Positions 7,794-16,789 of a stretch of 62,459 nt of DNA are shown one piece after another. Every line of letters begins with the position of its first letter. Position 1 is the stretch's first letter. Both the position numbers and the translations under genes were made by a program. The notes beneath the pieces were generated by a model that worked only from the letters and a program-made list of their open reading frames with translations, did no database searches and was not told the origin of the DNA. The stretch is from a virus (Duplodnaviria > Caudoviricetes): IMG/VR virus record IMGVR_UViG_3300030099_001770, positions 1 to 62,459 of that record, one strand, 5' to 3'.

Positions 7794-8855
7794 TTATAAC
7801 TCCAAGTCACAGGCCTCTAGATAAAGAGCCTTCATAGTATTTTTCAATCGTTTCTTATCTAAGTCTACATCAAGTTCATCAATATACTTTTCTAAAAGTG
7901 TGGTTGTATCTTGAGTATTCTCTGCGATATCATCCGATACATTTTCTGCATCTAGGTCAGAAAAATCTTCTACAATCTTTACTTCATGCGTTTGTTCTTG
8001 TAACAATCTATCAGTAAATCTATCAAACTGATACAAGTCTTTTTTATTGACAACTACAAGTTTTATGAACTTATCTTTATATTGTGATACGTCTACTTTA
8101 TTATAATCCGTAGTTGTGTCATCATAATAAATTTTTTCAAATATCGTGAAGGGATTTATAATCCTTTCTAGACTTTTATCTACCGTATCAAATATATGAA
8201 ATCCTTTTGGACAACCATCATCACTCCATGTCATTTGATATGTAGAACCAAGATAATAAATTTGTCCATCATCTGATTTCTTATGGAAGTGACCAGAGAA
8301 TACAGTATCAAATTTTCTAAATATTTCTTTAGGATGACCAGCTTCAGAGAAGTGTCCTTTATGCATTTCAAAACCATTTATTTCTAAATGACCCATACAA
8401 ATCTCTGCATTTGTATTTTGAATACCTTTTATAGTTGAACCATAATTTTCTGCATTTATCCAAGGACAAAAGAAGATTGGAACATTACCAAAGTTTACTG
8501 TGCAGTTCTCTTCATAAAACTTAATGTTGTCATATTGATTTCCTACAAGCTCTGCAAGAGAGTTTACTTCATTTGTATTCTTGTAATAGGTATCGTGATT
8601 ACCAATAAGAATATGTGTATCAATATTTCTATCTACAAGTGGTTGAATGAATCGTGTGCGAAAATCATTTGCAATTTTATATGAAACAAACTTACGTCTG
8701 TCCATAGTATCACCTAAATGAATGATAGTATCAATACCTTTTTTATCAATTAATGGAAAAAATATCTCTTCCCAAAACTTGTAAAAGTATTCGTTAAACG
8801 GTAGACTATCATTTCTCGCACCAAAGTGAGTATCAGTTATCAGTGCTATCTTCAT
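7794..8855 (-). CDS. gp47: recombination endonuclease subunit (Mre11/SbcD-like)
   Basis: DTHFG, HLGD, GNHD and SGHFH phosphoesterase motifs. Confidence 0.97.
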   Translation of the reverse strand: MKIALITDTHFGARNDSLPFNEYFYKFWEEIFFPLIDKKGIDTIIHLGDTMDRRKFVSYKIANDFRTRFIQPLVDRNIDTHILIGNHDTYYKNTNEVNSLAELVGNQYDNIKFYEENCTVNFGNVPIFFCPWINAENYGSTIKGIQNTNAEICMGHLEINGFEMHKGHFSEAGHPKEIFRKFDTVFSGHFHKKSDDGQIYYLGSTYQMTWSDDGCPKGFHIFDTVDKSLERIINPFTIFEKIYYDDTTTDYNKVDVSQYKDKFIKLVVVNKKDLYQFDRFTDRLLQEQTHEVKIVEDFSDLDAENVSDDIAENTQDTTTLLEKYIDELDVDLDKKRLKNTMKALYLEACDLEL

Positions 8856-9384
8856 TATAAAATAATTCTAATCCTTTTGGTTTATCTTTCTTTTTCTTAG
8901 GTTTATAAACATCTTCCTCTGGAAGATAGTTTTTCTGTAAATAATCTGTGTAAGGGTTTTGTTGGACTTCTCCATTTTCCTCTTGCATTAAGAACATATC
9001 TACATTCATGTTTTCGATAATTTTGTTTTTTACATGGGCTTGTTTCTTTTCTTTTTGAATACGTCTAAGAAATGCATAGTAGATAATCTGTGTAAAATAT
9101 GCAAAAGGATTATCTGATTTATCTGGATTAAAGTTATGTACATATTGTAGACAATTCTCAATACCATCACTAATCATCTCTTCACGATAAGTATAATTAA
9201 TAAAATTTGGACGATAGGATAGATGATTTGCAATCTTTAGAAAACACTCACCAATATAATTAGTAATCGGAGGCTGAGGTTTACCCTCTTTTTTAGCCTG
9301 TTTACAACGGTCATTCCATTCTACCATCGCTTGTAAAAACTCTTTGTTATTTACATAATGTGGTTTTTTCTTTTTTTCAGTCAC
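8833..9384 (-). CDS. gp55: late-transcription sigma factor
   Basis: HYVNNKEF, YIGECFLKIA..LS.RPNF.NY, NPFAYFTQI...AF.RRI.KEKKQ. Confidence 0.97.
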   Translation of the reverse strand: MTEKKKKPHYVNNKEFLQAMVEWNDRCKQAKKEGKPQPPITNYIGECFLKIANHLSYRPNFINYTYREEMISDGIENCLQYVHNFNPDKSDNPFAYFTQIIYYAFLRRIQKEKKQAHVKNKIIENMNVDMFLMQEENGEVQQNPYTDYLQKNYLPEEDVYKPKKKKDKPKGLELFYNEDSTDN

Positions 9385-9413
9385 TTCACCTTTTCCTTGT
9401 TAAAGTTATACAT

Positions 9414-9442
9414 ACAATACCAGAATCCTAAGTTAAAGTCAA
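9414..9442 (-). promoter_or_regulatory. sigma70 promoter for gp55-47-46
   Basis: TTGACT-17-TATTGT with extended TG. Confidence 0.65.
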
Positions 9443-9465
9443 GTCAATATTCTTTGATTTTTGAC

Positions 9466-9494
9466 TTGACTCTGACTTGACAAACTGTTATATT
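9466..9494 (+). promoter_or_regulatory. putative divergent (antisense) sigma70 promoter
   Basis: TTGACT-17-TATATT with TG extension on the plus strand, facing the 3' end of the uvsW operon. Confidence 0.45.
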
Positions 9495-9520
9495 CTCTAT
9501 GCTGGGTTTGAAGAAATACT

Positions 9521-9931
9521 TTAATGTATGGTTTTTTTAGTATTGTAATCATCAAAATATTCATCCATCATCTCTTCATCCATTTCTTCTTCTAGTCTTT
9601 TTAACTGTTCTGGAGTTGGTTCTTGTTCTGCAAGGAGAGCATCTTTTCCTTTTTTCATTCGTAAAACACAGAATTCATAAAATTTAGAAATACCTACTGA
9701 AGCTGAAGTAACTGCAACAATATTGTTTTTTATAATTTCACAACTATCATTTTCACCATAACTTACCCAACGAGATAAAGCCATAGATTCCTCTATTCCA
9801 GTTTTTGATACTCTGGGATAACTATTAATTTTTAATGGATTATGTGCAGTAACAACAGTGGTGTCATTTTTTGCACTCAATGTGGTAATAATTTCATCTC
9901 CATTTGTAAGTTTTAAAATTTTAGTATTCAT
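9521..9931 (-). CDS. conserved hypothetical protein (possibly Sm-like fold) between uvsW and gp55
   Basis: KILKLTNGDEII N-terminus and acidic C-terminus ending KTIH; position typical of marine T4-likes. Confidence 0.6.
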   Translation of the reverse strand: MNTKILKLTNGDEIITTLSAKNDTTVVTAHNPLKINSYPRVSKTGIEESMALSRWVSYGENDSCEIIKNNIVAVTSASVGISKFYEFCVLRMKKGKDALLAEQEPTPEQLKRLEEEMDEEMMDEYFDDYNTKKTIH

Positions 9932-9933
9932 GT

Positions 9934-11385
9934 TTAACTTTCTATCGGTAAGTTTTTGATTTCATAATCAAACTCTTCTTCATTATAGATATTTATTCGT
10001 TCCATGAAGTGACGAAGTGTAAAGTTTTGTCTTGATTTCCAAGATAAATCATCTGCAATATCTAAAAGGGTAGCTCCAGACTTATTTTGATTTGTTCGCA
10101 ATCCCCTTCCAATAGATTGCAAGACTCTAATTCTACTCTTGGATGGTGATGAGAACACGACATTGTGTAAGTTACGAATATTAATACCAGTAGAGAACGT
10201 ACCATATGACGCAACGATAATCGCATCTTTCTCTTTTTCTGTAATTTCACGAACATCTTCTCTTGTCTTTGTGTCTGTTCCACCCCACACATAAAATACT
10301 TTTCTATCTAGGTCTTTCATCATATCATATAAAACAGAGCCATGTTTTTCTACAAATTGAAATAAAACTAATGTATTACCTTTTAGATGAGTTGTCAAGT
10401 CTACAATAAATTTATTTCTTCTTTCGTCACGAACCAATAAATCTACTTCATCTTGATAGTTTTGGTCTTTCATAAATTTTCTATCTGCATCTGGATATTG
10501 TAATACTATACATTTAATTTTTAACTTTGCAAGCGTTTTTTTATCCATTAAGTCTTTTGTTGATGTTACCTTATTGACAGAGCCAAACAAACCCTCTAAT
10601 ACTAATCTATGTGTTTGCATACCATCAAGTGTTCCAGTAAACCCATGACGATACTGGGTCTGGTGCATTTTGTTCATAATATTTGTAAGTGATTTTGCTT
10701 TGAATAAATGTACTTCATCTCCCAGAATACATCCAAACTGTTCAAAGTATTTTCTAGGCATCTTATACAAAGACTGCCATGTGGAGATAGTTACTTCTTT
10801 TGTAATCTCTCTTGAATGGCCTTGATATATCTTTTGCATCTTTGATTCAACATAACCATAATCAAGAAAGTCGGAGTACATCTGTTCCACAAGAGATGTT
10901 GTAGGAACAAGTATAAGGACTCTGTTAGACTCATACCATCTACTCAGTAAGTATATTATTAACGACTTACCAGAAGCAGTAGGACTAAGAGAAAGGCTCC
11001 GATTGTTTCTGATTGCATGAGTAAATGCGGCCATCTGGTAATCACGAATCTGTAAACTTTTTCCCTTGGACTTAGGTGACACTCTTCTAACAAATCCACC
11101 CAAGACGCTAGTTCTATGTTCTCCTTCATCTTTCACTCCTTCTTTATATTCAATACTTATATCATTACGTTTTGCAAACTCTTCTACATATGGTACAAGA
11201 CCAAAATAAATTTCGCCTGTCATTTGATTGTACAAACGAATTTTTCCATCCCATACACGATTTTTGTAGGTTGGCATAAACCTTGCGCCTGGCACTTCAA
11301 AGGTAAAAAAGTCTACCAGTTCTCTTGCAATATTTGGTTCTGTATCAACCTTTACATATACATCATTTTTCTTTGAAATTATCAA
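9934..11385 (-). CDS. uvsW: UvsW SF2 DNA helicase (probable TTG start at 11385, overlapping the uvsY stop)
   Basis: WDGKIRL, RDYQ, SPTASGKS, DEVH, QSIGRGLR. Confidence 0.96.
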   Translation of the reverse strand: MIISKKNDVYVKVDTEPNIARELVDFFTFEVPGARFMPTYKNRVWDGKIRLYNQMTGEIYFGLVPYVEEFAKRNDISIEYKEGVKDEGEHRTSVLGGFVRRVSPKSKGKSLQIRDYQMAAFTHAIRNNRSLSLSPTASGKSLIIYLLSRWYESNRVLILVPTTSLVEQMYSDFLDYGYVESKMQKIYQGHSREITKEVTISTWQSLYKMPRKYFEQFGCILGDEVHLFKAKSLTNIMNKMHQTQYRHGFTGTLDGMQTHRLVLEGLFGSVNKVTSTKDLMDKKTLAKLKIKCIVLQYPDADRKFMKDQNYQDEVDLLVRDERRNKFIVDLTTHLKGNTLVLFQFVEKHGSVLYDMMKDLDRKVFYVWGGTDTKTREDVREITEKEKDAIIVASYGTFSTGINIRNLHNVVFSSPSKSRIRVLQSIGRGLRTNQNKSGATLLDIADDLSWKSRQNFTLRHFMERINIYNEEEFDYEIKNLPIES

Positions 11386-11810
11386 AGTGAACCTTCCATA
11401 AACCTTTTCCAATCAATCGCATTTTTAATTTGAAATCCACGATTGTTCATCATCTTGCAAACACTTTCTGCATAGTCACACATTGCGTTGTGATAATCTA
11501 CTTTGTGTTTAGCTTGTATTAAGTCCTCATCACTTTCAAGGTAGGTAGGAATATCTTGTTTGAGAACTTTTAGGTCAAATGGTTTTTCTTGATAAACCTT
11601 TGGGTCTGATTTACCAGAGTAGTATTCCCATTTATGTCTTAGAAGTTTTTTATATTCTGCTTCTGCTTGTTTTGATAACAAGTTCCAACGAGTAAAGATT
11701 TTTAGATATTTACCATAAAGTTCTGGAGTTTTAAGTGATTCAATATCCAGTTGTTCTTTATCTATCTTGAGGTCTTTTTCTGCCTCTTTTTGTAATTGTT
11801 CCAAATCCAT
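11382..11810 (-). CDS. uvsY: recombination mediator UvsY
   Basis: KWEYYSGK, R.FQIKNAIDW; position next to uvsW. Confidence 0.93.
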   Translation of the reverse strand: MDLEQLQKEAEKDLKIDKEQLDIESLKTPELYGKYLKIFTRWNLLSKQAEAEYKKLLRHKWEYYSGKSDPKVYQEKPFDLKVLKQDIPTYLESDEDLIQAKHKVDYHNAMCDYAESVCKMMNNRGFQIKNAIDWKRFMEGSL

Positions 11811-11834
11811 ATTATATTATCCTCAATTCAAAAC

Positions 11835-11918
11835 GGTGGTGGATTGTCTAGCTTTTTCTATATTTAATGAAAACTCGTTTCAATATAAAAAACTGTTGTT
11901 CAAGATATATCCACCACC
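11835..11918 (-). other. long irregular hairpin between gp3 and uvsY
   Basis: 10-bp inverted repeat GGTGGTGGAT/ATCCACCACC enclosing further nested AU-rich pairings. Confidence 0.55.
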
Positions 11919-11923
11919 TTGTA

Positions 11924-12514
11924 TTATATAGTAAACATTTCATACAACTTATATGTAAAAGTTGCAGTTGCAGTTAAATAAGTTACGTCACCCTCTTGTT
12001 GATTAAATGCAAGTCCACTTAATGCAACTGGATATAAATCAGAAAATCTTACCTCAACCACTGGATTATTTTTACTAGTCATAATCGTAAGTGTTGCATC
12101 ACCAAACATAGCTTGATTACCAGTTGCAGTGCCTGGGTTTGTAGCTTCACCCTTTACTGAACTATCGGTTGGAAATGAAGTTGCCTCATCTTTTCTAAAT
12201 GATTCAAACTGTGTTCTTGCTTTTGGAAAACCTATACCTACTAACCATTGATGAAGTTCTCTATAGTTTTCTAACCTTTCATCTACAAGAAAAGTAATTT
12301 CTAAATTGTCAAATGTAAGGTCATCACCCATGACTGGAATTTGTTTGAAGGGAGTTGGAAGAATAGATTCACCAAGGTTGATGCCAGGCAGATTTGCAGC
12401 TGTAGTAAAATACTCAACTTTGGGTAGTTTATTAATACTGAACTTAAACTTGGTTGGGTCTGCATAATCCAGTTCAGTAGGTTGTCTTGCAAGTGCGTTG
12501 ATAGTAGTAGCCAT
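11924..12514 (-). CDS. gp3: tail completion / sheath stabilizer protein
   Basis: FKF.I.KLP.VEYF....NLPGI.LG, F.VDE.LENY..L..W, F..LYP..LS. Confidence 0.88.
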   Translation of the reverse strand: MATTINALARQPTELDYADPTKFKFSINKLPKVEYFTTAANLPGINLGESILPTPFKQIPVMGDDLTFDNLEITFLVDERLENYRELHQWLVGIGFPKARTQFESFRKDEATSFPTDSSVKGEATNPGTATGNQAMFGDATLTIMTSKNNPVVEVRFSDLYPVALSGLAFNQQEGDVTYLTATATFTYKLYEMFTI

Positions 12515-12530
12515 GTTTATCTCCTACTAT

Positions 12531-12538
12531 TATTTAGT
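12531..12538 (-). promoter_or_regulatory. late promoter for gp3
   Basis: ACTAAATA; the same variant precedes gp22, gp20 and gp18. Confidence 0.65.
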
Positions 12539-12546
12539 ATGCACAT

Positions 12547-12574
12547 AAAAAAAGGGGGAGTAAAAACCCCCCCT
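12547..12574 (-). terminator. Rho-independent terminator after gp23
   Basis: G-run/C-run hairpin followed by a T run on the minus strand. Confidence 0.85.
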
Positions 12575-12602
12575 AAGTTCCGATTTAAGTCGTTTCTTAT
12601 TA

Positions 12603-13934
12603 TTACATAAGGTTTGCGACTTGTACTCGTCTGTAGTATGTGTTGTCATTTGCATTAGCAGTAATGTCTGTTGCATCCCCAGTTGCGAATGGGTTTTGAG
12701 CAACACCGTAACGAGTTTTGAAACCGATTTTCGGTTGGAAAGTATTCTCACCAACTGCACGAACCATCTGTAGTGGTACATATGGGCAGTAGAAGATACC
12801 AGCGTCATATGGTGAAGTTCCCTTATAACCAACAACATAGTACTGTTTAGCAGCGTTGTTAGCAGCATATGGGTCAATATACACTTTGTATCTACCGTTA
12901 AGAACACCAGCGAAAGTGTTTCCAGTATCGTCAACTTGTAAGTTGTTGTTAAGAGCAGGAGCGTAATCTAATACACCAGCCATTTGCAATGCAGAAGCAA
13001 CGTCTGAAGAAGTGATAATCATGTTACCTTTTCCTCTTCTTGTCTCTTGTGCAATTACGTTAGCATCTCTTTCGATTTGGAACATAAGTCCTTTGAACTT
13101 CTCAACTGACCATCTACCGTTTGAGTCTGTATCTAAGTCAAAGATACCAGCAGTAGTTGTATTTACAGAAGCACCTTTCTTAGCAGAGATATAGATTGTT
13201 CTAATCACTTCTCTGTTAATTTCAGCAAGGATTTCTGAAGACAGAATGTTTGACAATTCTGTTTCTGCATCAAGACCGTGAATTGCTTTTAAGTCTTGTG
13301 CGAGTTCCATAGTGTATTCTGCTTTAAGTGCTCTTGACTTTGCAGTCACAGTTGACTTCTCGATTGAGAACGCCATTTCTGCGAATGAGTTTGCAGCTGC
13401 ATCACCTAATGCCTCACCTTCAGCAGTAGTCATACCACCACCAGTAGTTGAACCGTAGTCTGCACCACCAGTTAAGTATGTGCCTGGAGATGCGTCATTT
13501 AAGACAGCAGGGTTAGAACCAGTCATTGCAGTTGAGTTCAAGTCTCCAGCAGCATCATCATTTGAGAAACCAGCATCTGGTTCGTTGAACAATGCCTCTG
13601 TTCCACCTTGAGTTGAGAATCTTGACTTCATTGCGAAGATAAGACCAGTTGGGCCAGTCATTGGTTGCACTGAACATACGTCATACGCAATCAAATTAGG
13701 CATAGCACGTCTTACTAGCGAAATCAAAATTGGGTCGTAGTTATTGATACCACTTCCAGTAGAGTTAGTAGGTGCGGCTTCCGATAGGAAAGCTGCATCT
13801 TCTTTCATAGCTTTTTCTTGGTTTTCCAAGATGATTGAAGTAACGGCTTTTCTGTAGTTATCCTTAATCTCAGGCAAATCTGGATGATTGAGGACTGGCT
13901 GCCACTTCTCTTGTAAGTTTTCTGAATTATACAT
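12603..13934 (-). CDS. gp23: major capsid protein
   Basis: LVRRAMPNLIAYD..VQPMTGPTGLIFAM, SRALKAEYT.ELAQDLKAIHGLDAE, FQPKIGFKTRYG. Confidence 0.99.
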   Translation of the reverse strand: MYNSENLQEKWQPVLNHPDLPEIKDNYRKAVTSIILENQEKAMKEDAAFLSEAAPTNSTGSGINNYDPILISLVRRAMPNLIAYDVCSVQPMTGPTGLIFAMKSRFSTQGGTEALFNEPDAGFSNDDAAGDLNSTAMTGSNPAVLNDASPGTYLTGGADYGSTTGGGMTTAEGEALGDAAANSFAEMAFSIEKSTVTAKSRALKAEYTMELAQDLKAIHGLDAETELSNILSSEILAEINREVIRTIYISAKKGASVNTTTAGIFDLDTDSNGRWSVEKFKGLMFQIERDANVIAQETRRGKGNMIITSSDVASALQMAGVLDYAPALNNNLQVDDTGNTFAGVLNGRYKVYIDPYAANNAAKQYYVVGYKGTSPYDAGIFYCPYVPLQMVRAVGENTFQPKIGFKTRYGVAQNPFATGDATDITANANDNTYYRRVQVANLM

Positions 13935-13976
13935 TTGTTAATCCCCTTTAACTATATTAGTATTATTTATCATAAT

Positions 13977-15287
13977 TTAATTCTTGACATCTTTAAAAGG
14001 TTGTGCATTTACATCATTCATGTAAGGTGCAGTCCTTTTAATTGCACTAGTATACGCAGCCATAGCGTCACTTATGTCAATCTCTTGAGTCTCCACTCCA
14101 CTCTCTTCAGTGAGTTGGGATGGAGTTGACTTAGGGAAGTAATTTTCCTTAAGCGTGTTAAGTTTTTCCTCAAAGGATTCCTTATCGGTGAACTCAACAT
14201 CTTCAACCAAACTAGCAAATTTCTCTGTTTGAGTCTCTGCAAGGTCAGATGAAACTTCTTTGATAACAGCTTCACGCACAAGTGAATCTTCAGACTGTTT
14301 CTTTTCAGTAAGTTTACCCATAGTTTCGTTTAACTTACCTTCAAGTTCTTCAATCTTTTGTGCTTGTGATTCTAGAATATCATATTTTTCGTCTGGAACA
14401 TCAATGTAATGTTCTTCAAACAATGCTTTTAGACCAGTAATAAAGTCTTCTGCAATCTCACCTTTGAGTCCTCTTTCAATTGCAAGTTCATTTTCTTTCA
14501 TCCACTCTTGAACAACATAGTCAAGGTAACCGTCTACCTTTTCTGCGAGTTCAGTTTTGAATGCTTCATGTTCTTCTGCAATCTCTTGAGTTTTCTCAAG
14601 TTCGATTCTTTCGACTTCTGGACGAATTTTTGATTTAACGGCAGCTTCAAAGATAGTAGATGCTTTTTGTTTGAACTCTTCAGAAAGGTCTTCACCTTCT
14701 ACGAGTGCATCAACATCTTCTTTGACTGAAATAGATGCAAGTCTCTTTTCAATCGCCTCTTTGGCTTTTGCAAGACCTTCTAATTCTACTTCCTCGTCTG
14801 TCATTGCCTCTTTATTCATGTAAGAAGCAGCAAGTTGTTTTGCATCTTCAGCTGACATTTTCATCATCTCTTTCTGCATCATTTCCATTGCTTCTTTTTT
14901 AGATTTGGGCATATGAGCCATTTCGTCTTTATGACCCATCTCTTTTAATTTTTTACCTTCAGTGACAACTTCATCTTCTTCAGATTCAATTTCCACCTCT
15001 TCTTTGTGAGCCATAGCCTTTAACGGTTTCTGGTCACCTTTTTCAGCACTTGGAGTAGAAGCATCTTTTTTGACTTTTTTAGCAGCATCGGCTTTCTTTT
15101 CGTCACCCTTAACTACTGGAGCACCTAAATCCTCAGCATCCTCATCCTCTGAATCCATTTTTTTCATTGGTTCAGCGGCCACTGCACCTTTACCAGCAGC
15201 GGAAGAATCCTTTTTCATTTCGGCCTCATTCAAGTCAGCAAGAACTTCTTGTTCAAGTTCTTCTATTGTCTTATCAATTTCTGACAT
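13977..15287 (-). CDS. gp22: prohead core scaffolding protein
   Basis: LSEEFK.KA.TIFEAAV, VDGYLDYVV.EWM.EN.LA.E.G, F.EHYIDVP. Confidence 0.95.
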   Translation of the reverse strand: MSEIDKTIEELEQEVLADLNEAEMKKDSSAAGKGAVAAEPMKKMDSEDEDAEDLGAPVVKGDEKKADAAKKVKKDASTPSAEKGDQKPLKAMAHKEEVEIESEEDEVVTEGKKLKEMGHKDEMAHMPKSKKEAMEMMQKEMMKMSAEDAKQLAASYMNKEAMTDEEVELEGLAKAKEAIEKRLASISVKEDVDALVEGEDLSEEFKQKASTIFEAAVKSKIRPEVERIELEKTQEIAEEHEAFKTELAEKVDGYLDYVVQEWMKENELAIERGLKGEIAEDFITGLKALFEEHYIDVPDEKYDILESQAQKIEELEGKLNETMGKLTEKKQSEDSLVREAVIKEVSSDLAETQTEKFASLVEDVEFTDKESFEEKLNTLKENYFPKSTPSQLTEESGVETQEIDISDAMAAYTSAIKRTAPYMNDVNAQPFKDVKN

Positions 15288-15328
15288 TTGAGTCTCCTTA
15301 TTAATATATTAATAATCCTCTTACACTA

Positions 15329-15336
15329 TATTTAGT
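15329..15336 (-). promoter_or_regulatory. late promoter for gp22
   Basis: ACTAAATA in the intergenic gap. Confidence 0.6.
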
Positions 15337-15338
15337 AA

Positions 15339-15989
15339 TTATAAATTCTTGAGGAATTTTGCGAAAGCGAGTGCTTGGTAATTCGCTTTTCTAGAACGCA
15401 CATTACGTTCCATTTCATCCTTGATTTTTGCAACTTCTTGTTCTTGTAACAATCCATTGTTCCAAACCCACTCTTTTCCTTCCATAATACCTTCTACGAA
15501 AGCATTTGGAGCGGAAGGGTCTGCAACAATATCAGCTGCAGTCGCAAGGTAGAAATCATCATTGACATAGTTTGCACCATTCTTTTTGGTCAAACTACCC
15601 ATGCCCCTTGAGGACACTGCGAGTTTACCACCATCATCCATAATATTTTTTACAATTTCTCCCATTGGTGTTCCCATAACTTTAGCTTCACCAATGAAGT
15701 TCTTCCCATCTGGTTTTAAACTTGTTACCATATGGGATACTTTATCTAAGTTTACTGTCGGGCCGTCTGGGTGTCCTAATTCACCATATGCACGATTTTG
15801 TTCAATAAACTCTTTGTTATATCTTTCTACTTCTTTTTCTAATACTTCCATAGGATAGACACGACCATTACGGTTTTTGATTTCGGCTTGCATGAATACA
15901 CCTTTTAATTTAAAGGCTTTCTTACCGTCCTCTTTTTCCTCCGTAATATATTCTACATCATCACTAAAATGTTCTGATATTAATTTCAT
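15339..15989 (-). CDS. gp21: prohead protease
   Basis: NRNGRVYP, GELGHP, SSRGMGSL, DIVADPSAP.AFV. Confidence 0.98.
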   Translation of the reverse strand: MKLISEHFSDDVEYITEEKEDGKKAFKLKGVFMQAEIKNRNGRVYPMEVLEKEVERYNKEFIEQNRAYGELGHPDGPTVNLDKVSHMVTSLKPDGKNFIGEAKVMGTPMGEIVKNIMDDGGKLAVSSRGMGSLTKKNGANYVNDDFYLATAADIVADPSAPNAFVEGIMEGKEWVWNNGLLQEQEVAKIKDEMERNVRSRKANYQALAFAKFLKNL

Positions 15990-16000
15990 ATTCTCACTCC

Positions 16001-16384
16001 CTATGCAAGATTATTATATCCAGAAACTTTTCTAAGTTTTAACCAGATAGTTCCTACGGATGCACTTCCGTTTGTTAATAATATATCACCAGTTACACCA
16101 GAACTTGCTGGATTTGGAATAGAAGGCATAGACTGAGCGCCAGTGTTATACGCACCATTTCCGTTTAGTGATAATGCAACATCATTAGAACTTGCATCAA
16201 ATAAAATATTTGTTTGTGAACCAGTAGTCCATTGACAAGCAACAATACTTAATCTTGGATTTGAAGCCGCACCCTCAAGGTTAGATGCGTCAACAATACT
16301 GGCATTAGTATTTGTTCCAGTTGTTGTTACCTTAACAACTGTTTCAAAATCTTTATCCGAAAGGATAACTGCATCTACTGCCAT
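16001..16384 (-). CDS. hypothetical virion/head-associated protein
   Basis: 127-aa ORF in the head operon with AGGAG RBS. Confidence 0.6.
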   Translation of the reverse strand: MAVDAVILSDKDFETVVKVTTTGTNTNASIVDASNLEGAASNPRLSIVACQWTTGSQTNILFDASSNDVALSLNGNGAYNTGAQSMPSIPNPASSGVTGDILLTNGSASVGTIWLKLRKVSGYNNLA

Positions 16385-16629
16385 TGATATTCTCCTAACA
16401 TTTCTCGTTCAAAATACTTCATAAGTTCGTTTTCACGCACTTTGAACTTACGAGCGGCATCTTTTATAGTTTTCTCAAAACTATTTAGGAAATCTGAAGG
16501 TTTCGCATCCATAATACCAAATATATAGTCTACCGCTTTACGCATAGCAGGCGATAGTTTTTTATACTCTTTGGTTTTCTTATGCTCATCCTTTTCAGGC
16601 AGAGCTATCTGGTTGAACCTCTTCTTCAT
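16375..16629 (-). CDS. hypothetical protein (possible prohead core component)
   Basis: 84-aa basic ORF between gp20 and gp21, where T4 has gp67/gp68. Confidence 0.55.
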   Translation of the reverse strand: MKKRFNQIALPEKDEHKKTKEYKKLSPAMRKAVDYIFGIMDAKPSDFLNSFEKTIKDAARKFKVRENELMKYFEREMLGEYQWQ

Positions 16630-16789
16630 CTTCCACCTCTGGAATATGTTGCGTTACCATTGTATTTGCAACTTCTTCCCTTCTTTTCTCTAATGCAGCT
16701 CCAACTTTTGATGAAATTGCATTTTTAAAATGTGTTTCTGCACCAAGGTTATCACCAGATGCGATTGCGTCAACTACTTCTTTTGTCAT
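16595..16789 (-). CDS. prohead core protein (gp67-like)
   Basis: VDAIASGD...A...F..A...KV..AL...R..VA with acidic tail, directly after the portal gene. Confidence 0.65.
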   Translation of the reverse strand: MTKEVVDAIASGDNLGAETHFKNAISSKVGAALEKRREEVANTMVTQHIPEVEDEEEVQPDSSA

